A stretch of DNA of 22,532 nt from Methanomicrobiales archaeon (lineage in GTDB: Archaea > Halobacteriota > Methanomicrobia > Methanomicrobiales > Methanospirillaceae): NCBI GenBank assembly GCA_037137755.1, contig JBAXJR010000037.1:1-22532 (forward strand). The letters run 5' to 3'. The translations under genes were made by a program, and so were the position numbers. A model generated the notes under the pieces. It saw only the letters and a list, made by a program, of their open reading frames with translations. It had not been told where the DNA came from and searched no databases. Positions 9,224 through 18,493 of the stretch are shown here, one piece after another. Within the stretch, counting starts at the first letter, position 1. Each line of letters opens with the position of its first letter.

Positions 9224-10921
9224 TTATACCACAAATGATTTTTTTATCAGCCCGTCTTTCATGATCGAGATCTTTCCCCCGCTTTGAGAGACCACAAGCC
9301 CGATCGCGTTGGTCATCTGGCTGATCCCTGCGACTGATGAATGCCGTGTGCCATAGCCTTCCGGAATTTTCAACGGTACGTTATCTATAATGAAATGGCG
9401 ACCGGAGGCCTCGATAAATCCATCTTCTCTTATCACAAATGCCCCATCCATCGTGGCCAGCCCCTTGATTACTTCGGCATTACCCGGGTTCGTGATCAGC
9501 CTGTTCCCTGTATCCTGGCCGGCAAATGAATTGATGGTGCATGCCCTCGAATGGGCCATGACCGCATCCGTGTCCCCCAGTACAAACGAGGTGCCGATCC
9601 GGTGCCCTTCATGCCCATCCCGGGAGATCTCCACGCAGAGATGAAATACGTAGTCGAAGACCTCTTCGTTCACCCGGGTGCCTTTCAGGACTGAATACTT
9701 CCATGGGTCTGCACGGATCTGCCGCGATTCCCCCTTCCCCTGCCCTGTAATATCCTCGCCAAGGCAGAGCATTCCTGATAGTTTTCGCTCTGTGTCAATA
9801 AGCGGGAGAATTTTCCATGCAACCCAGAACATCTCCCCTGATTTTTTCCTATTCTCAAACGCATGAACGGTATACCCGTCCCTGCAGAAGACCGGGTCGT
9901 TGATCATCGCAATCATTTCACCCGCATACCGGGAATGTTCGGGAACAATGGTACCGATAAGGTTCCTGCCGATGACCTCCCCGGCCCGGTACCCGAACGC
10001 TTCCGCAGCACGGGAGTTGGCATGGGTAATGGTCCCCTCGTCATCCGTTGTAATGACAATCCCCGGGACCCGGGCGATGGCGTCCTCAAATGACCCTGAT
10101 CTGACCCACTCCGAGGGAAAAACCTGTCCGGCTTCACCGCATTCCCTGTCCGGGTCATCTTTTCGCTCGACAATCATGAGGTGGCCTTTCATCGGGTCAA
10201 ACCCGTCGAGCCTTTTTACCCTGATCGTGCAAAGGACCCTTTTACCTTCTTTCGTTCCTAGGTGTTGCACGGTGCAATGCCACCCGGACTCTTTCTTACC
10301 CTTAAAAATTGTGCGGGAAAACTCCTGGTAATCCCCGGGTGAACAAAAAAGGTCAGGTAATTCCATAGACCTTTGGGGGCCATTGGAATAACCGAGGAGT
10401 TCTGCCAGGTGCTGGTTGATTTTGCGTATTTCACGCCCCAAAAACACCGCGATCCCAATCTGGGACCCGTCGAGTACGTCAAATATCTCCATGTTTTCCA
10501 GTTCATGTTCCTGTGACTGGAAATGTTCCCGGACGTAACCGGTGATGTACCCGGATGCAGCAGTGAACAGGTCATTCCTGTTACGGAAACCTGACAGGTT
10601 ATATTTTGTCGAGCTTTCCCGGGTCTCCACCAGAAGTGTTGCATCCCGGAGATACCCCTGCCGGTTTTTTTGGGCGTCCACGGGAGTCATATCCACGTAG
10701 AGCAATGATGTACCGGTTGTTTTTGCCGTATCCCTGATGTTGCAGGTCGCCTGTTCCCTTCCACAGACCAGGACGAGGTTGTATGACCGTTCCGTCATCC
10801 TGTTTACCGCATGTACGGGAGAAAAGGCCCTGTCAACATGTATTCCGGGCAGGCTGACCAGCGAGGATAACAGCACCGTATGGAATGCCTGGGAATTTTC
10901 AATGAAGAGGACCGATGACAT
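9224..10921 (-). CDS. Diadenylate cyclase (DisA_N/DAC, DacZ-like catalytic domain) with N-terminal receiver-like and two PAS domains
   Basis: C-terminal LCVEISRDGHEGHRIGTSFVLGD, MDGAFVI (DGA), GYGTRHSS (RHR-like) and VVSQSGG. PAS motifs INQHLAELLGYS and TDDEGTITHANSRAAEAFGY...ENRKKSGEMFWVAW. REC-like start SVLFIEN...SYNLVLVC. Confidence 0.88.
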   Translation of the reverse strand: MSSVLFIENSQAFHTVLLSSLVSLPGIHVDRAFSPVHAVNRMTERSYNLVLVCGREQATCNIRDTAKTTGTSLLYVDMTPVDAQKNRQGYLRDATLLVETRESSTKYNLSGFRNRNDLFTAASGYITGYVREHFQSQEHELENMEIFDVLDGSQIGIAVFLGREIRKINQHLAELLGYSNGPQRSMELPDLFCSPGDYQEFSRTIFKGKKESGWHCTVQHLGTKEGKRVLCTIRVKRLDGFDPMKGHLMIVERKDDPDRECGEAGQVFPSEWVRSGSFEDAIARVPGIVITTDDEGTITHANSRAAEAFGYRAGEVIGRNLIGTIVPEHSRYAGEMIAMINDPVFCRDGYTVHAFENRKKSGEMFWVAWKILPLIDTERKLSGMLCLGEDITGQGKGESRQIRADPWKYSVLKGTRVNEEVFDYVFHLCVEISRDGHEGHRIGTSFVLGDTDAVMAHSRACTINSFAGQDTGNRLITNPGNAEVIKGLATMDGAFVIREDGFIEASGRHFIIDNVPLKIPEGYGTRHSSVAGISQMTNAIGLVVSQSGGKISIMKDGLIKKSFVV

Positions 10922-11372
10922 GGTAAGAGATCACGCCGTTGCAATCAAACGCAAATATCTGATAGATTGTCAGACAGATAAAAATGTATTGGATTTACCG
11001 GGAAATAACGGCAGACAGCCGTCGTACAGGGGGCCGATGCCGATCCTGTTCACCATGGTTGCATGGTCGGTAGTAGTAGCAGTTCTGTCATGCAGGGCCG
11101 GTGGAATAGTAATCCGGGACCCCTTGCAAGCTGAACACTCCAGAGACCTGTGGCCTGTCCCCAGTCATAACCCCTTGGTGTTTAAAGCCGCGGGGTGGAG
11201 CACCGGGTGCGTGAGTCACATTTTTTTCGGATCCGCAAAAAATCTGTGAGGTGGATGTTAGAAATCAGTACCGTTGGCCAAAAATCCGGGGCTTAACTGG
11301 GTTGTTTTCTCCAGGACATCTCCCATTTTTCCCCCGCGGGCCTTTGGGTTTTTCTAAAAAGAGGACATGGGT

Positions 11373-11642
11373 TTATGCCTGGTCTGCCTGGAGGCAACCC
11401 CTGCCTTTACCGGTAATAGAAAGGTGCGTTTCAGTATTTGCCCTTCCTTCGAAGAGGTACCTCCTCAGCACCAGCTGGTGGACTCTTGACCGCACATCAT
11501 ACTCCCCGTACTCGGGGATCATCCGTGAAACAACATGGCTGATTTTACAGCCTGGTACATCTGACACTTCTTGTAAAATCCGGAGATAGGTGGTGTCTGG
11601 CACGAATTCCTTCTGGCTGAATAATTCCCTAATTATGATCAT
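11373..11642 (-). CDS. Small winged-helix-like protein
   Basis: ~89 aa from ATG 11642: ILQEVSDVPGCKISHVV...VRSRVHQLVLRRYL...LSITGKG, the helix-helix-wing pattern with a 'lT.kG' end. Confidence 0.6.
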   Translation of the reverse strand: MIIIRELFSQKEFVPDTTYLRILQEVSDVPGCKISHVVSRMIPEYGEYDVRSRVHQLVLRRYLFEGRANTETHLSITGKGRGCLQADQA

Positions 11643-11762
11643 CCCTGGATATCTTGCATTTTTAGGAGAGAACAAAAGAGCAAACCGGCATTTTGCCTTT
11701 ATATGAATTTTATCTCTCTCTTTTTCATATTATTACCATTATACTTCAAAGGAGTAATACCT

Positions 11763-11936
11763 ATGTGTAGGTGCCGATATGGCGGGTACTGCTACCGGGA
11801 AAAAACTGCAAACCAGGTACCCGTGGGGTCCCGGCCGGGAATACCCACTGCCTTCGTGAGAGATCAAGACTCCCCGCATGATTTCCGGACTTGCAACGAT
11901 ACAAAACACAGGACCCGTGGAATTCCTTGCCATTAA
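11763..11936 (+). CDS. Possible small Cys-containing protein (57 aa)
   Basis: AAGGAG RBS 8 nt before ATG. Reads MCRCRYGGYCYREKTANQVP...CND...PCH and is divergent from the wHTH gene. No family recognised. Confidence 0.3.
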   Translation: MCRCRYGGYCYREKTANQVPVGSRPGIPTAFVRDQDSPHDFRTCNDTKHRTRGIPCH

Positions 11937-12181
11937 CAGGAATCCCCATGGTTTTAGTGGGCCGGGTCATTCTCTATTGTTACGTCCGGTCGTGAAATTC
12001 TAACGTCAAAGGTTCGAATTGTCAGGGGTAAAATATAAAACTCCCCTTTGCGCCAGAACCAGGGAGTTATACGGGCAAACCAAGGGGTAATTGAAAAAAT
12101 CTCATTAAATATTATGGCGTTAAAGAATGTGTTGTGCCTGGAAGATCCAGGGCACAACAATGCAGGAGGAACCCTTACGTG

Positions 12182-12583
12182 ATGACCAGTAAACGCGTTG
12201 GCAATGTCATCATCAGCATTGCTTTGCTGATATTGCTGACCGGTAGTGTCTCAGCTGATATTGTCCAGGCGGGAAGTTCTATTGATGCCACATTCACCTC
12301 GGTCACCACCCACCTTGATACAAAGATCGTGGGTGATAACCCGGACTCCCCGTTAGTCCTCAACTATGACGTATCAGCAAAAGGCATTACACGACCTGAC
12401 GGCACAACCGCACCAATGAGTGGTTCGGCAGTGGCCTTTATCCGGGTACACATAACCGGCGGTCGGGATGGTTCCGGCCGCGTTAGCCAGGACCTCACCT
12501 ATAGCGACACTACAAAAGTCAGCGGCCTGATCAGCAGTTTCCAGAAAACGATCGCCTACAGGGGCGGCAGTAATCTGAACTGA
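12182..12583 (+). CDS. Secreted beta-rich protein resembling the C-terminal part of the Methanospirillum-type sheath protein family
   Basis: GGAGGA RBS and a signal peptide ending GSVSA|D. Mature DIVQAGSSID...LNYDVSAKG...GSAVAFIRVHITGGR...DLTYSDTTKVSGLISSFQKTIAYRGG. The family resemblance is from memory and unverified; the CDS itself is well supported. Confidence 0.7.
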   Translation: MTSKRVGNVIISIALLILLTGSVSADIVQAGSSIDATFTSVTTHLDTKIVGDNPDSPLVLNYDVSAKGITRPDGTTAPMSGSAVAFIRVHITGGRDGSGRVSQDLTYSDTTKVSGLISSFQKTIAYRGGSNLN

Positions 12584-12902
12584 TTGTTCAGGAACAGGAC
12601 AGGGGATCCAGGGGTTTCATATCCTCCGGAACCCTGTTCTTTTAATGCAGGGTGAAGGCCTTTTTTCATCCCAGGGTTAGTGTCATTCAATTATCATGCG
12701 GACTCCGAATAACCACGGTTATTCCCTCCAGGCCGGATATGCCGTACGTGTCCTACACAAGTTCCATATAAATCCTTATCGATTTCACTCCGGGCCATGA
12801 CGAAGCGGGTCAATGGCGGTCGATTATTGTAGAGGTCTTGTCCCTGCCTGATCAAACCGGTGACTTTTATGGTGAGCTTCGCACTATCTTCACCAGGTAG
12901 TT

Positions 12903-13124
12903 ATGATTGCAAATCCCGGCCAGATCATTATCTTCGAGCTCCCCGTGTACTTCTACCTGGGGATCCTCACCTTTATTGCACTTATATCGACTGCAACACT
13001 TGGTATGCTGTTCGTGAAGGGGAAGTATGGCGTCCAGTTTTCCTGGCATATGAACCTTGCAAAGATTACGGTCCTCATTGCAATTATCCACGGGGCCCTT
13101 GTTGCCTGGGGATACTTATTCTGA
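12903..13124 (+). CDS. Small 2-TM membrane protein with two His (H49, H63)
   Basis: 73 aa with two hydrophobic helices, WHMNLAKITVLIAIIHG, an AGGT RBS-like motif and a T-tract after the stop. Confidence 0.7.
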   Translation: MIANPGQIIIFELPVYFYLGILTFIALISTATLGMLFVKGKYGVQFSWHMNLAKITVLIAIIHGALVAWGYLF

Positions 13125-13222
13125 TAACAGTAATTTTTTACCCAAAAATACTCGTTTAATAAACTGTACTTACTCCTGCGAAAATCAAACCCCTAACTTC
13201 CAACGGTCCCAAAAAGACCTCC

Positions 13223-14014
13223 TTAGTACCCTGTGGCATAGTAATACCCGTCATCAATCCTGACATGGACCGGGACCGAGAAGAGGTTGCTGATGTTCGT
13301 ATCAGCCAGGACTTCGTCTTTTGGGCCATCCATGCAGAAATGCCCGTCTTTCATCAGGACCACCCTGGTAATTTCAGGGATGATATCATGCAGGTTATGC
13401 GTTACAAGGATAATCCCTGTCCCTGCACGGGATATTTTCCGGCATGTGGTGCGGAAGGCGTGGAGCGCGTGTAAATCCAGGCTGTTGGTCGGTTCGTCGA
13501 GGACCAGGGTTTTAGGTCCGTGTACCAGTGCCCTGCCGATTAGTACACGCCGTGCCTCCCCGGAGGACATTTCCGTCATTTGTCTCCCTGCCAGGTGCCC
13601 GATCTCAAGAAATTCAAGGATTTCTCCCGTTTTTCGTTCCATCCCGCTGGTAACGTGGTGCCGGAACAGCCCTATACTGCTGAAAAATCCTGATAATATC
13701 ACTTCATGAGCAGTCATTTCCCTGGAAAATGCATGGGCAAGGTCATTTGAAACAATCCCGAACGTGGAACGCAGGTCAAAGACATCCCATGTTTCCCTGC
13801 CACGGACCCGGAATAGTACTCCATCCTGTACCACTGGATAATATTCCCGGTTGATAGTTTTTATGAACGATGATTTCCCGGCACCGTTAGGCCCGAGAAT
13901 GGCAATGTTCTCCCCCTCTTGCAGTGTAATAGAAAGGGAATCAAGTATTTTCCTGGTACCGTTCATCACGGTAATATTTTTGAATTCGATGAGCGGGATG
14001 TTATTCTGGGTCAT
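13223..14014 (-). CDS. ABC transporter ATP-binding protein (ModF/YlmA-like, stand-alone)
   Basis: GPNGAGKS Walker A, MSSGE signature, LVLDEPT Walker B, VTH H-loop. No permease adjacent. Confidence 0.92.
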   Translation of the reverse strand: MTQNNIPLIEFKNITVMNGTRKILDSLSITLQEGENIAILGPNGAGKSSFIKTINREYYPVVQDGVLFRVRGRETWDVFDLRSTFGIVSNDLAHAFSREMTAHEVILSGFFSSIGLFRHHVTSGMERKTGEILEFLEIGHLAGRQMTEMSSGEARRVLIGRALVHGPKTLVLDEPTNSLDLHALHAFRTTCRKISRAGTGIILVTHNLHDIIPEITRVVLMKDGHFCMDGPKDEVLADTNISNLFSVPVHVRIDDGYYYATGY

Positions 14015-14145
14015 AATTTGGTATCAGGTTGCGCCAAAGGTAATTCTGGTAATTCTCACCGGGAGATATTGTCCGCAGGCGGTTACGGGGAAGTTACGTG
14101 GTATGAAAACGGTCGCGGGAAAAAAGGGGTTACGATTTTTTGGGC

Positions 14146-14304
14146 TTATCTTCTTCGTTTATTTTTCTGGTTGGCAGCAATTTTTTCTTTTGCTGTCAGT
14201 GGTGCTACCTTGTTTCCCGCGACCGGGGCTTCTGCAACCGCTGATTTCGCATCAACACTTTCAGGCTTTTTACCCTTGCCTTTCTGGCTACCCTGATCTT
14301 TCAT
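14146..14304 (-). CDS. Basic low-complexity microprotein (52 aa), paralog B
   Basis: Manual translation: MKDQGSQKGKGKKPESVDAKSAVAEAPVAGNKVAPLTAKEKIAANQKNKRRR*. TATA tract at 14326-14339, T-tract downstream, and a shared N-terminus with 14539-14694. Not in the ORF track. Confidence 0.65.
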   Translation of the reverse strand: MKDQGSQKGKGKKPESVDAKSAVAEAPVAGNKVAPLTAKEKIAANQKNKRRR

Positions 14305-14325
14305 ACAGACTCATACGGTGCAGGG

Positions 14326-14339
14326 ATATATATATATAT
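14326..14339 (-). promoter_or_regulatory. TATA tract upstream of microprotein B
   Basis: (TA)n run 22-35 nt upstream of ATG 14304, followed by CCCTGC as in the paralog's promoter. Confidence 0.5.
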
Positions 14340-14538
14340 TCTGGAAAGTCCGGCATTTACGCAGTTTTAAGAATTTAATGTTACAATGTGCGGCGATTCT
14401 CTAATCCCCCACTGGATCGACTTTAGTGTCCGGGTAAAACAGGCCCGTCTTATGTCACCTGTGATCCCTGCTGCGTATAGTCGGGCGAATAACAATGATA
14501 AAAAAGCGTTGTGTACCTGATACTGCACAGGAAAAATT

Positions 14539-14694
14539 TCAGTGTTTACCTCGTTTCGTCTTTGCAGCGTTTTTATCTTTCATTGAATTGATTTTTTGTT
14601 GATCCAACTGATTTGAAGCTTTACTGGGTGCTGCTGTTACGGGACTATCCGTTGCCCTGTGTCCTTTTGTCTTTTGCTCGCCCTGCTTTTTCAT
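14539..14694 (-). CDS. Basic low-complexity microprotein (51 aa), paralog A
   Basis: MKKQGEQKTKGHRATDSPVTAAPSKASNQLDQQKINSMKDKNAAKTKRGKH* from ATG 14694. TTATATA ~25-31 nt upstream and a T-tract after the stop. Confidence 0.65.
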   Translation of the reverse strand: MKKQGEQKTKGHRATDSPVTAAPSKASNQLDQQKINSMKDKNAAKTKRGKH

Positions 14695-14750
14695 GGCGGT
14701 AACTATGAGGGCAGGGTGTATATAATTACCCGAACTACCCGTGTGGATTA

Positions 14751-16148
14751 TTACCGGGTTTTTCCTGGGAAAACGATACAATATTTCGTTCCCTTATCCC
14801 GGGTCAGCCTAATGGTCCCGTCGAGCTGTTCGGTCGAGAGTAAACTGACCAGTTTCAGCCCCAGGCTTTCGGTATTATTACAATCGATCCCCTCGGGAAT
14901 TCCCACACCGTTATCAGCATAGGACAAGATATAGTCCGAACCTGACCGGTGGAACCCGATGGTTATTGTCCCGGTGCGGCCGTCCGGAAATGCATGCTTA
15001 AAGGTATTGGATACGAGTTCGTTCACGATAAGCCCGCAATGGATCGCGGTGTCCACATCGAGCAGGGTTTCATCGACCTCAAATATTGTTGTAATGGTCT
15101 TCTCTTCAACGGGGTAGGTATCAAAAAAGGCATCGACGAGTTTTTTGATGTACGCATGGAATTCAACCTTCGAAAGATCGTGCGAACGGTATAATGTCTC
15201 GTGGATCAGTGCCATGGTACGGATACGGTTCTGGCTGTCACGCAGCGTGTTGATGCTGTTTTTGTCTTTCATGTACTGGATCTGGAGTTCGATCAGGGCC
15301 GATACGACCTGGAGGTTGTTTTTCACACGGTGATGGATCTCCTGCAGCAGCACATCTTTTTCTTCGAGTGTATGGCGGACTTTATCTTCTGCTATTTTAC
15401 GGTCGGTGATGTCCCGGATTGACTCTACTGCCCCGATCAGCATGCCCTTTGTATCGTAGAGCGGGGATGCAATAAACCAGAGGTGCGCTCCCTTTCCACC
15501 ATAGAGAATGGGGAAAAATGCCTCGGAAACTAATTTATCGCCTTTTTTTATCACACCTGGATAACACTTCTCTGCCTCAGTTTCGCCCTTTGACACAAGA
15601 TCAACCAGTATCGGCCGCCGTGTCCCGTAAAATGGTAAGGCATACTCAAACCGGCCTTTCCCGATCATCTGGTCTGCAGGAACACCCGTCATATCTTCAA
15701 TCGCCTTGTTCCATGCAATCACGATGCCGTTCAGGTCGAGGGCGAATGTCGCATCAGGCAGGAAATTGATAATGTTAGACAGGCGGTGGTCTGAATTCAT
15801 CATCGCCTCCTCTGCATTGTTCCGGTCCCTTATTTCCGATTCAAGTTGCCGTTTCTTCTCCGAAAGTGTGGAGACCTGGCTCCGGATTTCGCCGAGATAA
15901 ATAAACAGCGCGACCAGTATGGTAACGAATGCGAGCATCCGGATGATGATACCGGCAGGACTCCCTCCGGAAAGCCCGCCATATGCTGTTAATAAAAATG
16001 AAACGGCAAACAGAAAAAACCCGGTACCGAAAACGAGTGATAAATGGTTCCTGTTTTCGTAATAGATAAACATGCAGATGATAGAGATTGTCACTGACAG
16101 AATAACACTCATTATCGTAATCGCGTCAAGGGTAACCATCATGTCCAA
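14751..16148 (-). CDS. Membrane PAS sensor histidine kinase (HisKA_2/HATPase)
   Basis: Three N-terminal TM helices, PAS ([19 protein letters not shown]...[10 protein letters not shown]), H-box [12 protein letters not shown]-box [17 protein letters not shown] and SLGLKLV. Confidence 0.93.
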   Translation of the reverse strand: MDMMVTLDAITIMSVILSVTISIICMFIYYENRNHLSLVFGTGFFLFAVSFLLTAYGGLSGGSPAGIIIRMLAFVTILVALFIYLGEIRSQVSTLSEKKRQLESEIRDRNNAEEAMMNSDHRLSNIINFLPDATFALDLNGIVIAWNKAIEDMTGVPADQMIGKGRFEYALPFYGTRRPILVDLVSKGETEAEKCYPGVIKKGDKLVSEAFFPILYGGKGAHLWFIASPLYDTKGMLIGAVESIRDITDRKIAEDKVRHTLEEKDVLLQEIHHRVKNNLQVVSALIELQIQYMKDKNSINTLRDSQNRIRTMALIHETLYRSHDLSKVEFHAYIKKLVDAFFDTYPVEEKTITTIFEVDETLLDVDTAIHCGLIVNELVSNTFKHAFPDGRTGTITIGFHRSGSDYILSYADNGVGIPEGIDCNNTESLGLKLVSLLSTEQLDGTIRLTRDKGTKYCIVFPGKTR

Positions 16149-16167
16149 TCCTGCCCTTTTTCTCTCC

Positions 16168-16596
16168 CTATTCCCAGGTCATGAGGTCACTGACCTCCCG
16201 GTCTTTCTTTTCGGCACCATGTTTTATCAGGGCCAGTTTGATGGTGGTCTTCAATGTGGAATCACTGAACGGTTTGACAATATATCCGAAAGGGGAAGTT
16301 TTCTGGGCCCTTTCAAGCGTATGTTCATCTGAAAATGCAGTAAGGTAGACAACCGGGATATTGTAAATGCCGTAAATTGTTTCTGCGGCCTCAATGCCAT
16401 CTACCGGCCCTTTCAGGTGGATATCCATCAGGACAAGGTCTGGTTCAAACTCAATTGTCTTGGTAATAGCGTCCTGTGCTGTGGATGAACGTCCTACTAC
16501 CCTGTAACCAAACTGCTTCAGCCTCCCCTCGATCGTGATCGCAATAATGGTATCGTCTTCGACAACGAGGATTTTTTCCTGACTGGTCACAGACAT
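16168..16596 (-). CDS. Response regulator, receiver domain only
   Basis: ILVVEDD, VLMDI (D58), YLTA and YIVKPF. Immediately upstream of and co-oriented with the kinase (19-nt gap). Confidence 0.93.
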   Translation of the reverse strand: MSVTSQEKILVVEDDTIIAITIEGRLKQFGYRVVGRSSTAQDAITKTIEFEPDLVLMDIHLKGPVDGIEAAETIYGIYNIPVVYLTAFSDEHTLERAQKTSPFGYIVKPFSDSTLKTTIKLALIKHGAEKKDREVSDLMTWE

Positions 16597-16892
16597 TGTT
16601 GTATGCCTTTTACTGCCTCAAATTATTTGAAATGATAAGGAGATCGAGGGTCCCCGGCACCCGGGGTATCCGTGGGATCGGAAGACGAAAAGGCTCCAGG
16701 CACAATTGTCAGTGTATATACCGGGTGAAAGCAATTATCTCTTAAAAGTAAGCAGTTCTCGTCTGGGTATGGGATGCACCGGAAGCCCCGAAGTTCCCCT
16801 GCGCCTGCCTGCTGCCTAACCAGGTGCAACCTGGTCCCTGGTAACCCGGGGGTGACTGTTGCAAAATGAAAATTCGGGAGATCGTATAAAAA

Positions 16893-17840
16893 ATGTTGAA
16901 AAAAGTGATCCTTGTTGCGTTTATTATTCTCTGTGCAATTGTTACATGGTTTGGGAGCGGGTACATTCCCGGGGAACACCTGTACCAGGTCTCCCTCACG
17001 CTCTGGACGATCGCGGTTGTATACCTGTTTGCGTCCATCCTGGCATGGGAGTTTGCGCTTAAGCAGATTGAAGATAAATTAACCCGCTATTCACTGAATA
17101 AAGCCATTAGTATAATCTCCGCACTTGTCGTCATTCTGATTGTTATCAGGATATGGGTCCCTGACACCCAGTCACTCATCTTCCTCTATGGTCTCCTGGG
17201 TGCCGGGATCGCCATCAGTCTCCAGGACGTGTTCCGGAACTTCGCTGGTGGTATCCTGATCATAACCGGGAACTTATACCACGTCGGCGACCGGATTGAG
17301 GTGGGGAATGAGATCGGTGATGTTATGGACATAGGCATCATGTATACAACGATGATGGAGCTCCGGGGATGGATAGACGGGGACCAGCCAACCGGTCGTC
17401 TGACCAAGGTCCCGAATGGGAAGGTAATCAGTAACGAGGTCCACAATTACACACAGGACCACTCGTTTTTATGGGACGAGATCAAGGTACCCGTGACCTA
17501 TTCCAGCGACTGGAGAAAGGCAAAAGACCTCATCCTGGGTATCGTGCAGCGCGAGACAATGGTAACCGTGGCAGAAGCGGAGAGGGAGATTGAGCAACTG
17601 GGAGAAAAATATTACCTCCCGAAAAGAATGGTTGAACCGGCTATCTATCTTACCCCTACCGATAACTGGATCATGTTCCATGTCAGGTATGTGACAAGGA
17701 TAAAAGAAAGAAGGGCTTTCCGGACGCGTCTTTCCGAGATGATCCTTGAAACGATCCAGGAACATCAAACTATCAGTATCTCCTCCTCGACCCAGACCGT
17801 GACAGTTATACAGTCCGGGAAGGACTCAGGTCAACTATAA
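16893..17840 (+). CDS. mscS: Small-conductance mechanosensitive channel family protein
   Basis: GAGIAISLQDVFRNFAGG, YHVGDRIEV...GDVMDIGIMYT and VPNGKV...VHNYT. Confidence 0.9.
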   Translation: MLKKVILVAFIILCAIVTWFGSGYIPGEHLYQVSLTLWTIAVVYLFASILAWEFALKQIEDKLTRYSLNKAISIISALVVILIVIRIWVPDTQSLIFLYGLLGAGIAISLQDVFRNFAGGILIITGNLYHVGDRIEVGNEIGDVMDIGIMYTTMMELRGWIDGDQPTGRLTKVPNGKVISNEVHNYTQDHSFLWDEIKVPVTYSSDWRKAKDLILGIVQRETMVTVAEAEREIEQLGEKYYLPKRMVEPAIYLTPTDNWIMFHVRYVTRIKERRAFRTRLSEMILETIQEHQTISISSSTQTVTVIQSGKDSGQL

Positions 17841-17931
17841 CATGATTTATCCAATTTTTTTTACTTGTTATCTGCAGTACTGCCAGAAGATATCGTACCT
17901 ATTTATGTAGATCAATGGCGAGATATCGGTT

Positions 17932-18294
17932 ATGTCCACTGAGCAGCGGGGCCGTCATGCCGGGTTTTATGTAATCCCTGCAGGAGGTCTTATCGGCCTC
18001 GGGATTGGGATAATCCTCGGTTACCAGTTAACAGGGTTTCTGGCAGGCCTTGGGCTGGGATACCTTGTTTTCGTAGGTGGTCCCCGAACAGATCAGGCAT
18101 ACCAGGACCCGTCTGGTAGCCATGTTCCGATTAACGGCTCCTACCTGGTCAGATTGGTTATTGGTCTCTATATTATTGTCAGCGGTTTTGCAATTATCTG
18201 GGTCCCACGCTCCGAATGGCCGAACATCCTCGCAATATTTTTAGTCCTCACGGGGGTTTGGTTTGTCGTCCATGGGTATAAACGGGGAACGTAA
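17932..18294 (+). CDS. Small 4-TM membrane protein, glycine-zipper N-terminus
   Basis: GGLIGLGIGIILG...GLGLG followed by two further hydrophobic helices. Confidence 0.75.
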   Translation: MSTEQRGRHAGFYVIPAGGLIGLGIGIILGYQLTGFLAGLGLGYLVFVGGPRTDQAYQDPSGSHVPINGSYLVRLVIGLYIIVSGFAIIWVPRSEWPNILAIFLVLTGVWFVVHGYKRGT

Positions 18295-18493
18295 TATCAA
18301 CGGGGTGGCTCTTGTTACAGCCATCCCGGTTGGTTATGGCACCATTGCGCCGCCAGGGCTTTTCAGTTTCTAAAAAAAACAACGGGGGACTCCCGGGTCA
18401 CACCTGGTTTTTAGAATACCTTGTAATGCAAAGTCCAGACCGGCAGGTTTTTTATATCATCGTTTAATCGTCTAATGCGGAGGGACCCGACAA

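Noticed and set aside
12005-12025. GGTTCGAAT as a tRNA T-loop or att site
   Set aside because: No T-stem pairing or cloverleaf in the flanking sequence.
13851-14378. 175-aa and 125-aa plus-strand ORFs with hydrophobic stretches
   Set aside because: They are antisense to the ABC ATPase and the Lys-rich microprotein. The Phe/Leu richness mirrors A-rich Lys codons on the other strand.
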